The notes beneath the pieces are model-generated. The model made no database searches. It was not told the origin of the DNA and was given only the letters and a program-made list of their open reading frames with translations. Below, one piece after another: positions 11,531 to 25,194 of a stretch of DNA of 64,000 nt. Origin of the DNA: the human T2T-CHM13v2.0 reference genome, Homo sapiens. How positions within the stretch are numbered: the first letter of the stretch is position 1; each line of letters begins with the position of its first letter. The position numbers and the translations under genes were made by a program. Location of the stretch: assembly GCF_009914755.1 (NCBI RefSeq), contig NC_060927.1; one strand, written 5' to 3'.

Positions 11531-12994
11531 GACAATGAATGCTCCCACTGATGGAGGAGTTGATGTGAGCTAGCAGGGTGCTTTTTGCATTGATTCTCTC
11601 ACCCATCCTGCAAGGTGGGTTTTTTCAGTTCTCCTTGGGACACGATGATGGCTCAGCTGAGAAAGAAGGCTGATGTACCCAAGGTCACCCAGTGGTGAGG
11701 CGGCCCTGGGCAAGCGACCCAAGTCTGTGTCACTGCATGCCTATGGATGAGTGGTTACCTGCTGACAGCACAGGCCAGGCTCACTGCAGGTGAGGCGGCT
11801 CCTGGGAAGGACCAGTCCCATGGTGATGGAGTACAGGTGGAAGGTGAGAGCTTGGGGGTCAGGCAGCAACATGGTTGGCTGCTGCAAGGAGCCTGGGAGT
11901 GCCCCTAGAGGGAGACTGAGGCTGGGCAGGGCCCTAGGCAGACCTCAGAGCAGTCCCCAGAGTGGAGACTGTCTGAAGGCTAGAGCTGGCCAAGGTGGGC
12001 TGGTCCCAAATCTTTTCAAACCCTCCACCCTCCCCCGCCACTGACTTCTGGAGCTGCCATGGCCCGGCCCTGCCAGGATGGGCTTGTTGGACGGGGCTGG
12101 TGCAAGAGGTGGGATAGAGACAGGGGCCAGGGCTGGGGGTTGTGGACTCCACTAGTGGACTGTAAGCTTCTGGCTGGGGCAACAGAGGAGGTGGCAGAAC
12201 GATCGGGAGAGAAGGGAACTGGCTCTCTGCTCAGAGCACCCTGGAGCAACACACAGGCAATGAGAAGTCCTGGGCATCTTGACCGTCAGCGCGGTCCAGG
12301 GCCCAGCATGCTTCCAAGAGGCAGGCAAGAGAGTACCTGGGGCTTCTCCACTCCAAGCAAGTGTGGCTCCACCCAGAAGGACATAGGGCCTGGGAAGAGG
12401 AGCTGCGGTGCTCAAGCAGCAGAACTTCCTCCAGGCTCACTCCAGGATGCACTGCAGGGGACACTGTCCTCAAAAGCAGGACAAGCCTGCCACCCAGTGC
12501 TGCCGGGAGCCACCACAGCAGCCAGGCAGGGCGGCTGCCGGTTCCAGCCCCATGGGGGTGTTCCCCAACCTGTGTCTGGCCTCTGGAAATCACAGCGGGC
12601 TTTAGGGCTCTGTGATGACTCAAGCTGCTCCCTCCTCACCTAAGAACACCGCCTTGCACCCGATTCTTCACACCTGATTCTTCAATCCTCATCAACTTGC
12701 AAGTTTAAGAGGACTTAAAATTCCAGGAGGGAAGCACTGTGGGTCCGGAAGGTCATGGCCTGAGTAAACTAAAGCAGCAAAATGACTGAGCGGCCAGAGG
12801 GCAGGGAATGCAATGGAATATCAAGTCTCAGGCATCCACTGCAAATGATCATTGTGAGGAGGGGGCGGCAAGGGGCGGAGGCGACGCTCTCATAAAATGA
12901 AGTCAGCCTGAAAACAACATTCTGCTGGGCCCCCCTTACCAGTCAGGTCTGTTCAGAGGGCTTTCAACTAGGTGGAAGGATTGTACCCAACTGG

Positions 12995-13910
12995 TCTTTT
13001 AATATTTTTATTATTATATATTACATAATGTTATGTAACATATTTTATTTCCAAATTATATTATATATTTATATGATATATAATATCATATCATATAATA
13101 TATATAACATATATAATATTTATCGTACATAATGTATATTTTCACTATATGTAATATATGTTATATTATATAAATATATAATACTATTATATAATATAGA
13201 AATAAAATATATTAATAATATGTGTTATTATTAATATATAATATAATATGTAAGATTATATTTATAGTAATAGTTATTAATATATCAATATAATAATATA
13301 AGGATATTTTATTATATTAACACGTTAATATAATATATTAATATATTAATAATTAATTTAATATGTATTAATCGATATATTATATATTAATGTTTAATTA
13401 ATATATTCATAATATCAATATGTTTATATATTATATTATGATATTATAATATGATAAAATATTACATTCATAGATCATATATTAATATATTATATTAACA
13501 TATTTATATATGAATATATATGACATATATAATATATTCATGTCATACATTAACATATAATATATTAATATATAATATATTCATTTATGTCATACATTAA
13601 TATATAATATATAAACATATAAAATACATTAATATATAATATATTCATATGTCATATATTCATATATAATATATAAATATATAAATGTATAATATATTAA
13701 TATATGACATATGAATATATTAATATATGTCATATAGAATATGATGTTATATATGAATATATCAATACAATATATTAATATATATCAATATAATATATTA
13801 ATAGATTAATGACTATTAAATATATATTTATGTATATTCATATTAATAGTTATTAACAGTCAAGATATACTTGTCATAAAATCATTAAAATAAAATTAAT
13901 AATAATTAAT
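12995..13910. repeat. AT-rich, (TA)-derived low-complexity island
   Basis: About 0.9 kb almost devoid of G/C, with recurring taatatattcatatgtcata units. Confidence 0.95.
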
Positions 13911-13911
13911 C

Positions 13912-14080
13912 TTCACACTTCCCTATGACCTAGGAACCCCCATTCCCTCACTTTACAGATGAGGAATCTGAGGTCCAGGGAGGTAAAGTAACTGATTCAG
14001 GGTCAGAGCTAGAACAAGCCTGAGCCAGGATTTGAACTCAAGTCCCCTGGCCCCAGAGCCCAAGATCCCAAGCCACGATG
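13912..14080 (-). mobile_element. MIR
   Basis: ctttacagatgaggaatctgaggtccagggaggtaaagtaac. Confidence 0.85.
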
Positions 14081-14519
14081 CCATAGAGGCTTCCTGGGTC
14101 TTATAAGTTTTTGGGGGTTATCAATACAAATCTTGGAGAAAAAGATACTTCCTTGAGAAAAATTGGTTTGAAAACGTCTACTAAGAAACAGCTTTATGCA
14201 TATTTCTCTTTAGTTGTGCTTTTTAAATGGTTTTATATTTGGAGAGGAGAAAGAAAATGAGAGAAAACACCAGCACCAACAGGGCCAGTCTAAGGCGAAT
14301 TTGTGGAGGACTCTGGTGTTCTGAAACCTCCACTCTCGCCCTTTCTCTCCCTTCAGAAGGTCCTATCCCCACCCCCAGTCACTCTTTGTGTTTAAAGACT
14401 TGCTCTTGTGAAAACTCCTAATCAATGGATCAAAAAGGAGTTATAGGAAATAAGGTTTTAGGGGAGGGCAAGAAAGAGGAAGTGAGGGTGGAAAGAAGAG
14501 ACGAGGAAAGGGGAGCGCT

Positions 14520-14720
14520 GATGCTTACTGAGCCCAAAAAAGGACAGATGAGGTTCCAGGGTCACCCTCATGTTTTTTATTTGAACCTTACCTCCACCCT
14601 GTGGGATGGGCATTATTTCCCCCACTTAAAAGGTGAGGAGACTGAGGCTGAGGGGTTTGGGGGGCTTGTTTGAGGCCGCCCAGATAGGAAGTGGCAGAAC
14701 CAAGACTCACACCTCGTCCA
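14520..14720 (-). mobile_element. MIR
   Basis: ggtgaggagactgaggctgagggg...ggaagtggcagaacc. Confidence 0.7.
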
Positions 14721-15109
14721 CTCGACTTCACCCATGTTCTCACTCATCCTGTGGAGTCCACTGAGCCCCTGGAGGTGCCCAGCACCCCGTGGGAGCTGGG
14801 AGTGCTGAGATGAATGCAACCCAGCTCCTCATGTCCACCAGTTCAGACCATCATTGGATGTCATTGGCCTGACATGAGGGACATTGGACCCGCATGTCAG
14901 GTAGGGCCCATGCCACTGAAGTGGTAACCAGACTCCTAGTTCAGGCTGAGCCTATCCTGGCTTTTGCACTGCTGGAATATTACACATGCAGCAAAAGAAC
15001 CATGCAGGAGACAGCACTCTCCACTTGGTCACCGTAGAAAAGCTAACAAAGGAAGGAGAGCATGTACCATGAGAAAAGATGAGATTTGGTGTTTTAAGTG
15101 ACTGTGCCC

Positions 15110-15310
15110 CAGGTTAGCTGTGTGACCTCAGGCAAGTCACTTCACCTCTCTGTGTTTCAGTTTCCTCATCTGTAAAATGGGGTTGATGTTTTTGGCTTAG
15201 CCTACCCACAGGGCTTCAGGGGGCTGTGAAATAACATAATGGGTGTGCAGGCAATCTGTAAACTGGAAAAGTATTTTGCTATACAGGTGATCTTATTACG
15301 ATCATCAAAC
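15110..15310 (+). mobile_element. MIR
   Basis: agctgtgtgacctcaggcaagtcacttcacctctctgtgtttcagtttcctcatctgtaaaatgg. Confidence 0.9.
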
Positions 15311-16347
15311 ATTATTATCAATTACTTTCTGAATCACTCCTGTGAAGTAAACTAGTGCTGAGATCTCAGGCATCAGACTTCCAGAATTCAAGAGTGGCTT
15401 TGATCATGGGTGGCTGATTCTCCACCTGCCCCCAGCCCTCATCATTAGCACATGGATGTCTCTCATTGATGAGTTACTCTGTCGATGGGCATCTCCCCCC
15501 ATTTGATAGATGAGAAAAACTAAAGTCAACTTGCCCAATGTCTTTCAGCTTACAAGTAACAGAATCCCGATCACCAGATTCACTACCCCTTTCTACACCT
15601 GTTACCCTTCCCTGTGCCCTCACACCACCACCAACACCTATACAAAGGATTAGCACAAGAGAGGGAGCTGGTGGGGGCTCCAGACTGGGCTGGCATGAAA
15701 AGGCAGCCCAGTGGCCTAGGATCAAGATCCTGAGGACCAAAGACCTCATTTATGAAAACGAAAGCGAGTCTTGAGGAAAGTTAATTGAAGTGAACGAAAT
15801 CCCGAAGAATTTAGCACTCAATTTGAGATACTATTTTTGGCTGAAGCAAGAATGAAAAGACAAAGGAAAGTGCACCGAAATGGAAGAGAAACTAATTTGG
15901 AAGACATAATAGGGAGCAAACTTCTCAAATTTCCTCTGAGCCCAGGAGACGTGATTATTCAAGAAATAATTAGATGCTATCCTGGGGGTAATAAAAGCTA
16001 AAAATGAAGAGGAAAGAAATTGAAAGCTGCCAGAAAGGTCACAGGCTGCTCTCAATATTGTTTTCCTTTATAGATTTGAAGATGCAAGAATTAATTTGAA
16101 AAAGAACAATAAAGCAGTACAAACTAATCGGAGGGGAAATTGAGCTGGGAGAATCTCAACATCTTACCCACCTGGATCACTCTACTGGGAAATGCAGAGC
16201 CAGGTGGATTGTGGACCTAGAGAGGGTAGGCAGTCCCTTCCTAAAATGGCTGGAGGAAGGCAAAAGGCAAAAAGGCTGGAAGAAGGCAAAAGGGTGTCTC
16301 CGGTGTCTCCAGTGTCTCCTGCCCCAAAGCTGAACTGTCCTCTGACC

Positions 16348-16563
16348 TTTGGCGTCAGCAAACCTTTTTCTGTAAAGAGCCAGATGGTGAACACTTTTAG
16401 CTTTAAGGGCCATACACTCTCTGTTGCAATTACTGCTGCTGTAGTGTGAAAGTGATAGTAGCCAGTATGTAATTGAATGGGTGTGGCTATGTTCTAATAA
16501 ATCTTTATTTACAAAAACAGGCAGTGGGCCAGATTTGGCCCACAGGGCATAGCTTACTGCCTG
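16348..16563. mobile_element. MER58A DNA transposon
   Basis: gtcagcaaacctttttctgtaaagagccagatgg...gggccagatttggcccacaggg. Confidence 0.88.
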
Positions 16564-16669
16564 AATTACTGCAGTAACTCGCACCTGGGCTTCCTACTTG
16601 CAGTCTGACTCTGCTTCCATCCACTAAAAAACATTGGCTACTAAGAAGAATCTTTAAAAAATGGAACTA

Positions 16670-16945
16670 ATGGTAATAATGATGATGATGACAACAGTAA
16701 CAACATGACAACTGCTAGCACAGGGACACGGAGTACTTAGTAGGCACCAGGCATGATTCTTAGCACTTATGTAGCATCTACTGTCTTTACAAAAACCTTT
16801 ATGAAGACAGTATCATTTACAGACGGGGAAATGACACCCAGAGAGGTGAAGTAACTGACCCAAGATCACACAGCTAATGGGCATCAGAGGAAGGATTTGA
16901 GCAACCCAGACAGTCTGGCTCCAGAGTCCATGCTCTTGGCTTATA
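16670..16945 (-). mobile_element. MIR
   Basis: tttacagacggggaaatgacacccagagaggtgaagtaactgacccaagatcacacag. Confidence 0.85.
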
Positions 16946-16989
16946 TTTTACCTTTTTTGTTATATCTTACTTCCTAAAGTATGAATGGC

Positions 16990-17275
16990 TCCAAATTCTT
17001 CAGGGACTTCCCACTGCTTATAGGATCAAGTCCAAATTCCTAAGCTCAATATACCAGGTCATCTGTGACTTGGTTCACCTCACCTCTCCACCCTTTTTCC
17101 AAGTCTCATCCCTATGTATCTAGAACAGCTTGAAGAGCCCCAAATTTTCATCTGCATTCATGCTACTCCCTCTGCCTGGATTACCCTTTCCTTCATTCGT
17201 TAACACCTACTCTCCCTCCCAGACTCAGCCCAAGTGTCATCACCTCTAAACAGCTTTCTATGACCCTGTTGCCCT
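16990..17275 (+). mobile_element. L2 fragment
   Basis: cttcccactgcttataggatcaagtccaaattcc...ccctctgcctgga. Confidence 0.65.
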
Positions 17276-17787
17276 TTCCAATTTGATAAGTCACTTCCTC
17301 TCTTTGGATCTTAGTTTCCATGCTTATCAATTGATGGAGGGTATTGAAAGGGAGAGAAAGAGTGTGTGCTGTATGACTCCATTTCTTTTGAAAACATTTA
17401 GTCTACCTAAGTGTGAAGTACAGCTCAGCTTGGCTGGGTGCCTGACAACCTGTCTTTTCAGTCTGTTTCTCCAGGGACTAAGCTCTTCCCTCTGGACCTG
17501 CAGAGGAAGAAAAACTGCTTCATGTGAGCCCAGACTCCCTAACTCCAAGAACAGTGCAATTTTCTCAACTCCATACTGAATCAAGAACTGCATTTGCCAG
17601 GAAGGGAAGCTCAATTAAGACATCCCTTCAGAATACCAACTCCTTCTGCTCTCATTCTGATCCTCCAAGGAACCTCTGACCTGTCAATTATCCAAAAAAA
17701 TCTGTTATCCCCCAATGCACTATTCAACACTTTCACTCTTTTCTCATTCCTTCATTTAAAAGTAACTTTGATTTCTCTCACTTAGCT

Positions 17788-18142
17788 TGGCAGAAAAACA
17801 AATACTGCATGCTCTCATTTATATGTGGAATCTGAAGTAGTCAAACTCATAGGAGCAGAGATTAGAACAGTGGTTCATGGCAGTAGGGGGAGGGGAAAAG
17901 GGGGGAGATGTCAGTCAAAGGGCACAAAGTTTCAGTTATGCAGGATGAATAAGTTCTGGAGATCTAATGTACAGTAACAATGTGACTATAGCTAACAATA
18001 CTGGATTGTATACTTGAAATGTGCAAACATTAGCTTGACTGTGGTGATTAGTTCACAATATATACACATATCGAATCATCACATTGTGCCCCTTAAATAT
18101 ATACAATGTTAATTGTCAATTATATGTCAGTAAAGCTGGGTG
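17788..18142 (+). mobile_element. L1MA/MB 3' UTR fragment
   Basis: aaatactgcatgctctcatttatatgtggaatc...tttcagttatgcaggatgaataagttctggagatc. Confidence 0.88.
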
Positions 18143-18199
18143 GGGGAAACTTTGAATTACAGCTCAGGAGTTGCAACAGACTGCTGTTCTAGGCTATGA

Positions 18200-18430
18200 C
18201 CTTCCATCCTTCTATCCATCTACTTTCCCTTCCATCCATCCATTCTTCCTTTCATCCGTCTTTCCACCTATCCAACTATGCATCCATTCTCTTATTCATG
18301 TCATCCATTCACTAATTATAGAATTGACTGAGTGCCCACTGTAAGCCAGGCCCTGCACTAGGGTCTAGTAGACAGAGGTGACCCCAGCAGACAAGGACTC
18401 ACCCTCGTGGAGCTCGCCATGTAGTAGGGA
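18200..18430 (-). mobile_element. L2 3' end with (TCCA)n
   Basis: ccatccatcc...ttgactgagtgcccactgtaagccaggc. Confidence 0.65.
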
Positions 18431-18759
18431 GGACAGAAAATGCTCATTCTCCTTCCACCTATGGATCTCCCCTCCCCTGCCATTATGCATAGGATACCCT
18501 GGGTCCTGTTTCCTGGGGGTGCCCAAAGTCCTGCCCCACCATCCTCATGTTCCCTCACCTCCTCCTCCTTGTGTCTCTCTTCTTCAGTGGTCTGCCTTTC
18601 CTTCCTCCCCAGGGGATAACACTCTACCTCCCTGTTCAGGCTAACACCCCTCTTCCTCACCTCTGTCCTCTTGATCTCATTCGCTCATGCCTTCTGCAGC
18701 CTCTTGATTCTCCGTTAATTACCATCTCCTTTCTTATTTATTTAATGTTTGTATTCAAC

Positions 18760-19436
18760 AACTACCACCTTGGTCTGAGCCACTGGGATCCGCAGTCAAG
18801 ACTATCGCAATTGCCTCCTCACTGGTCTCTCTTGCCCTCCTGGAGTCTCTTCTCAACACAAGGATCTGCATAGAATGCATCAGATATCAACACATGTCTC
18901 TTCCAAACCCTCTGGTGGATCTCCATGTCACTCAGAAAAAAGCCAGAGTCCTTACTCTGTCCTATGAGGACCCACGTGATCCTGACCTGCTACTTGTCTG
19001 ATTCTTCCCCTACTGTTCCCCCCACTCACCCAACCCAACCACACTTGGCTGTTTCTCAAGCATGCCTGCCTCAGGGCCTTTGCACACAGTGCTCCCTCCA
19101 CCTGGGGTGCTCTTCCTCCAGATCTCCCATGGCTCACTCTCTCCATTCATTCGGGACTTCCTCAAACACTCCTCATCAGCCAGGCTTTCTCTGACCACTG
19201 GCAAAGAATAGCATCCCACTCCTCCTCTGGACTTATTCTCATGACATGCTCAGCTACTGGACATAGAAGACATTTGTTGATTTATTTTGCCCTATTAGAA
19301 TGCAAACCCCATGAAACCAGGGGTGTCATCTGTTTTGGCTCACTGCTGTATGTCCAGCACCTGTCGCAGTTCCTGGCACAAGGTATATGATAAACACATA
19401 TTACAGAATAACTGAATGAATGCATGAATGAATAAA
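18760..19436 (+). mobile_element. L2a
   Basis: cctcagggcctttgcacac...cactgctgtatgtccagcacc...gaatgaatgcatgaatgaa. Confidence 0.85.
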
Positions 19437-19919
19437 TATCCACCTCGCTACCAAATCTTCCCCTCATCCTTCCATCATGTCCAAAGTCTCCATTGTTTAA
19501 AACAAACAAAACAAAACAAAAACCTTTCTTTGCCTATTGAACTTATCATCTTTGTTTTTCCTCTCATCACCAAATCACTTTTTGCAGAATTACCACAACC
19601 TCATGAAGTCGTGCAAAAATGAAAAGGCTTATATGATCCCATCAGCGTCCAAAATAACTACACATGGCTCTTTTTGTTTTTTACATAAACGCCGTTAACT
19701 CGCACATAAATTTTGAGGTCCTCTCCCTCGCCTAATCGTTCCCTGTACATGGTGATGTTAGTTCTAGATGCAAGGTGGCTCAAGGCAGTATTTTGGAATT
19801 TTGGAATTTCCTTCATTCTGGTTCCACTTCCCAACTTTTGCCACCCCTGCCACCCTCTTTACACTCTTCAACTCAGTATTCTTTCTTTAAAATAACTCAC
19901 TTTTTTATTTATATACAAC

Positions 19920-19953
<34 letters not shown>

Positions 19954-20213
19954 GACAGGGTCTCACTCTGTTGCCCAGGCTGGAGTGCGGTGGTGCAATC
20001 ACAGCTCACTGGAGCCTCGATCTCCTGGGCTCAAGCAATCCTCCTGCTCCCGAGTAGCTGGGACTGCAGGTGTGTACCACCACTCCTGGCTAATTTTTTT
20101 TTTTTTTGTAGAGATGGGGTTCTGCCATGTTGCCCAGGCTGTTCTTGAACTCCTGGGCTCAAATGATCCTCCCAAAGTGCTGAGATTACAGGCATGAGCC
20201 ATGGAGCCCAGCC
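19920..20213 (-). mobile_element. AluJ with (TAA)n tail
   Basis: gacagggtctcactctgttgcccaggc...cctgggctcaagcaatcc...gagcccagcc; (TTA)n at 19920-19953. Confidence 0.92.
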
Positions 20214-21619
20214 AGATAAACTTATTTTTTAACTTTAAAACTTATAATACTACCAGAAGTGGGAAATCCGTGTGACTAGCCAAAATTTGAGTGTAACTAT
20301 AAAAATAAAACAAAAACAATGTGATTAAATGCTAGATGGAGACTGGCTGTTACCTGCTGAAGGCTCTGGTCTGAACCTCCCCATGCCTGTGGCTCTTTGT
20401 GAAGATCAGTCAGCTCAGTGAGTGTCTGAGTGCCTTGAGGACCCGGGAGCTCCAGACCGCTGAGACCCTCCCACGGGAGCCATCGGGACCGAAAGACCTT
20501 GGCAATGCACTTCCATTCACACAAGGTCCTTCCAAGGCACTGAATGCCCCTGAATTCATGGCACTTGATATCCCACTTGTGTTCCCCCAAAACAAGTGAT
20601 GCGTGAGCTGCCACCTTTGGAAGGTCTTGTAATGTTGGGAAGAACTAGACTTCAAGGCAGCCTTCAGGGCCAGTTCTTGCCCAGTCAGTTCTTGACTAGT
20701 TCCTGGCTTGCTCAGAATCTCAGATAAGTCACTTCTCCTCCCTGGAAGTCAGTTTCCTCATTTCTAAGAGAAGCAGCTGATTTCTGGGATTTCTGACATT
20801 TATAATCCACTGGGCATTATGCTTATTATTTTAATGATAAACTTAATATTCCACAAAATTAATATGCCACAACTCACTTAACCCTACTATTTGGCATTTA
20901 TATTATTTCTGGTCTTTTACAGTTCTAATGTGCTTCCCCCTCTCCATAAAAGCAGGTTTTCTATTTTAAATTATTTCAGGATAAATGCCCAGAACTGGGA
21001 TTTCTGGTTTAAAATATGTGGGTCTCAACCTCTATTGGCTGACGGCCCTCCCAGAGGCTTGCACCATTTCACAGCTGCACACGCAGGGCCTGGGAGAGTG
21101 CTCAGGGGAGAGCCTTGAGTGTGAGCATGAGGAAATCTCTGAAACCCTTTTTAGACACATAAGCAGTCGGAGGCTTTGGGCAGATTGTGAATTGGAGAGG
21201 AAGAGCTGGTGCCCCTTCAGGCAAAGCTGTGATTAGGCTTAAAGTTCACCCCTTGAAAGCTCCACTGGCCACAAACATTCTCCCTCTTTGCGCTTCCTCC
21301 TCTCTCCCCAGTGCTCTGACATCTGGAACAAGTAAAAGATTTCAGAGGAGGGAACCTTTCCCCCTTGTTTTCTCCTGTGGCCTGTCACTTCCCCTGACTT
21401 CCTCCAATGAGGAGGCTCCCAGCCTTGGTCCCACCCATCAGGATGGAAATAAATCCAAAACTGCAGCCAACACCGGCACACTTTGAGATCAGTTTAGATG
21501 TTTGGGAATATTTTATTCTTGGGTTCTGAGGAAGGATGTGTGCTTTTTCTAGAGCTCTCTCTCATTCATTTCTTAGATAAACAATTTCTCTACTTCATCC
21601 CACAGTGGGAAGGCTTCCC

Positions 21620-21775
21620 TCTGTATCACAGCATACACTCCCATCTCCTGCATGAGCGTGGCTGCTCCCCAAGGGTGGGGATTTGTGTCTGTCTTGTTCA
21701 CAGCTGCATTTCTTGTGTGGAGAGCAGTGCCCGGCACATAGAAGAGCCTCCGTGCGTGTTTGTTGAATGAGTGGA
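21620..21775 (+). mobile_element. L2 3' end
   Basis: cttgttcacagctgc...gcagtgcccggcacatag...tttgttgaatgagtgg. Confidence 0.7.
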
Positions 21776-22057
21776 TGTTGCACCCAAGATCCTCCACTTT
21801 GCCTAAGGTGGGCTATGGGGTCAATTGTAGGAAATGGGGCCAATCCATTTCAGTCAAGCTTTCATCCCCAAAGGGCAAGACAGTTTTCTAACAACATGGC
21901 AGCTTATGGAGAAATAAGGTTTTTCTAGAATGGAGAACTTCAGGATTATTCAAGTTCAAATTCAGAATGTGAATACAGTGAGGTCTATGAGAATCATTTT
22001 TGCAGAAGATAATTAGAACGTGTTTCTTTCTACCCCTGGAAGAAGGAGACACTCAAT

Positions 22058-22140
22058 CTGAGAAGAGAAGAAAAAGGTTAAAAAGAGAGAGAGAGAGAGG
22101 CAAGAGGGAGAAGAGAAGGAGAAGAGGAGAAGAGGAGAAG
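22058..22140. repeat. GA-rich purine tract
   Basis: Read directly. Confidence 0.85.
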
Positions 22141-22886
22141 GTGTTACTCGGAGGACAAATGCAATCAAAGAATAAAAAGCCAAAAACTTCCAGACCTAGC
22201 TGGAAAATATTTGTTCAATAAGTCATAAAAGCATTGGGGACAGGGAGTAACTAGGTTTAAACTGATTAAACATAGGTTTATAGATGTTTTCCAGGGTGAC
22301 ATGGCAAGGTTGCCCCAGTCCTGCATTCTGCTCTCCAGAACCTGCAACTGAGGAGTCACCTTCAGGGGAAGAGGTGGGCCAGGGAGGAGGAGCCAGCCTC
22401 GGGCACAGAGAACCCAAGCCAGGACCCGTCAGGACCCTGGAGAGCTCCGAGCCAGCTGGATGTTCAGTGTTCTGCACCATGCAGCAAATCTGGCCAAGTC
22501 GGGAGAAGTCTCCTTTCTCAAACCCCCTTCTGACTTTTAAAGGAAGGGATGCCTTCCACTCTGTTGAGAACTTGTGTTATCCAAGGACGCAGAGGCTAAA
22601 AAATAGAATCTTGGAGTGTTGGGGCGGAAAGTGGCTGTCACTGACTTCCCTCTGAGATTCCAACCTCAAATCTGACTACATCACATGATCACCACCTGCA
22701 GTGGTCAAGTTCTGGTTCCAAAGCTGGTCTCTAACCTCGGGGAGGAAATTTAACACCAGAAAGCCTACAATGAAAGAGCTACTAAAAGAAACAATAAATG
22801 GCTCACATTCTGTGAGTAGCGTGTGTATTTGGTTCTAGAGCCCCAGAGAAGTGAAATGAACTAGACAAAGTTACCCCTAAAATGTT

Positions 22887-23310
22887 CCATATGATTTGGA
22901 TGTGTGTTCTCTCCAAATCTCAGGTTGAAATGTGATCTCTAAAGTTGGAAGTGGGGCCTGGCGGGAGGTGATTGGATCAGGGAGGCGGATGTCTCATAAA
23001 TGGTTTAGCACCATCCTCCTGGTGATGAGTGAGTTCTCGCTCTGGTAGTTCATGAGAGATCTGATTGTTCAAAAGAGCATGGCACCTCCCCCCACCACTT
23101 CTTGTGCCCACTCTCACCATGTCACATGCTGGCTCCCTGCTGCCTTCCGCCATGATTTTAAGCTTCCTGAGGCCTCACTAGAAGCCAAGCAGATGTTGGT
23201 ACCATGCTTCTCATACAGCCTCCAGAAACAGGAGTCAGTTAAACCTGTTTTCTTTGTACATTGCCCAGTCTCAGGTATTCTTTTATAGTGACACAAAATG
23301 GCCTACCACA
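22887..23310 (+). mobile_element. MaLR solo LTR (MSTA/MSTB-like)
   Basis: atatgatttggatgtgtg...ggggcctggcgggaggtgattggatca...cccagtctcaggtattcttttatag. Confidence 0.9.
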
Positions 23311-24324
23311 ACGATGCCTCACATTCTCAAGAGAAACCAAATGTGCAAAGGGTTTAAGAGTCTGTTTGACTCTAACTCCTCCTCAGAGAGCAGCAATGGA
23401 TCTTTTGGGGTTCCCGCAAGGTATTCCCATCTAATGGCACCAGAAGAGTGGTCCACAAAGAATCTAGGCTTTGCAGTTCTTTGTACTCTACCCTATCTTC
23501 CTTTTCCTCTTTCCCCAGTAGAAAGCCTGCAATGTGAAAGAGCTACATAAAAACCAATAAATGGCTCACTGTCTGATTAACTGTCATGGTGCTTATCATA
23601 GCTCACTGGACAACGATTGACTCCTTGCAGGTTGGAGAAAGTATGAGCCCCTACTTGTTCCAAAATTTGCTTTGCTTCTTGCCTGGCTACAGCTTAGTTC
23701 CTTCTGGGGCTCATCACTACATGGTAGTTGACTGTGGCTACAGAGGTTGTGAGGCCCTGATGCCTAGCAATTCAAGATAGCTGGATTGTGATGCCAATAC
23801 AGCTTAGAGAGAAAATGGCTTGCTCAAGGTCAATAGCAAATATGCAAAACCCAGAGCTGTGATGGGCATGAGAAGCTTCGAAATTTGGAAGAGAGACTCA
23901 AGTCTCAAAGTAAAGCTCTCATTAATCCCAGGTGGTACATCTCTTGAGGCCTGCAGGATTCCCTTAAATGTGTCTGGCATTGAGTTTTATCCCCAGTGTG
24001 TGTCACGAGAAGCATAAAAATGTGATCCTTGTTTGCAAGTGTCCCCTCACCCAGGCGTGATGAGGTCAGAAATTCCACCCTTGCAGACAGCAGGGGTTTT
24101 TTGGGTTGAGCATTGACCGTCTTCCTGGACGCTCATTTGGAAGGCAACCAGTGCCTCAAAGACGAAAGACTTCCACAGCTGACCTCTAGCCTTGAGTAGG
24201 AAATTTAACACCAATAACTGTACCCTTGGGACAGGACTTCGCAAAGGTCCAGACAGTGGTAGTGGCTTAGTTCCATTCTCAACCTGGTCTTCTAAGACCA
24301 TTACTGCTTTGTGTTCATTATCTA

Positions 24325-24485
24325 TGAGTGGTTTGCACCTTTGGTTTCATATTAGGACCACTTGGGGAGCTTTTAAAAACCTCAAGACCAATATTCCACT
24401 GGTAGTTTCTGGGGATGGAGCTCAGGCCTTAGTAGCTTTTAAAGCTCCCCAGACGACACCAGTGTAGCCAAGGCTGTGAATTGCA
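24325..24485. mobile_element. MER5-family DNA transposon fragment
   Basis: cacttggggagcttttaaaa...tttaaagctccccagac...gtagccaagg. Confidence 0.6.
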
Positions 24486-25194
24486 GCTCTCCTGGGAGAG
24501 CAGAGAATGGAATTGTAACCACTTCTAAGTCCACTGAGCTGAGCACAGTGTCCTGCCCACAGGAAGCAGTTTTTTAATCCATATTGCACTAACGGTGGAA
24601 GTTAGATTGAGTTCCAGTACAAGTAAAACTCCCAGGACCTTACATGGCTATGCTGACCAAGCTAAGATTTATTTCAGGAAAAAAATACAAGATATTAAGA
24701 CCATTAAAATGAGGATATGCATCAGGGCCAAAGGCTGCCTCATAGTGAGGGGTTCTGAGAGTCAGGGGAGAGCTCCAGTTGTTACACTGATGTGGAACGA
24801 CCATGTGCTTGTTCTTTCAGATCAGGATCTACTGATGCACCTGAGATATTAGAATCAGGAAGCACACAATGGAGGGCTCATCGTGTAGGCACACATGCTG
24901 CGTTACCAGCCCTGGCACTGCACAGGGCTCCCTGAGGGAGCCCCTGAGGCCAGTTGCAGGTCATCAGTCTCATTGTGACCCTCAAACAATGCTGACAAGC
25001 TGATATCAGACACCCTGAAACTTGTCTCCACCCATGGCCACCAGTCAGTACCCTTCATGCCTTGCCCAGGGGTCCATGCTGTGCAGGCACATCTCTTACT
25101 TCAGCAAAACAGCCCAGGCTGATGCCAGACCTGCTGCAATGAGCCCTCAGTGCACCTGGGAGATAAATTCAGCCTGCTTTTCTTGAAACCTTGA

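Noticed and set aside
12059-12643. 194-aa ORF with overlapping ORFs in several frames
   Set aside because: GC-rich sequence depleted of stop codons in many frames; no recognisable homology
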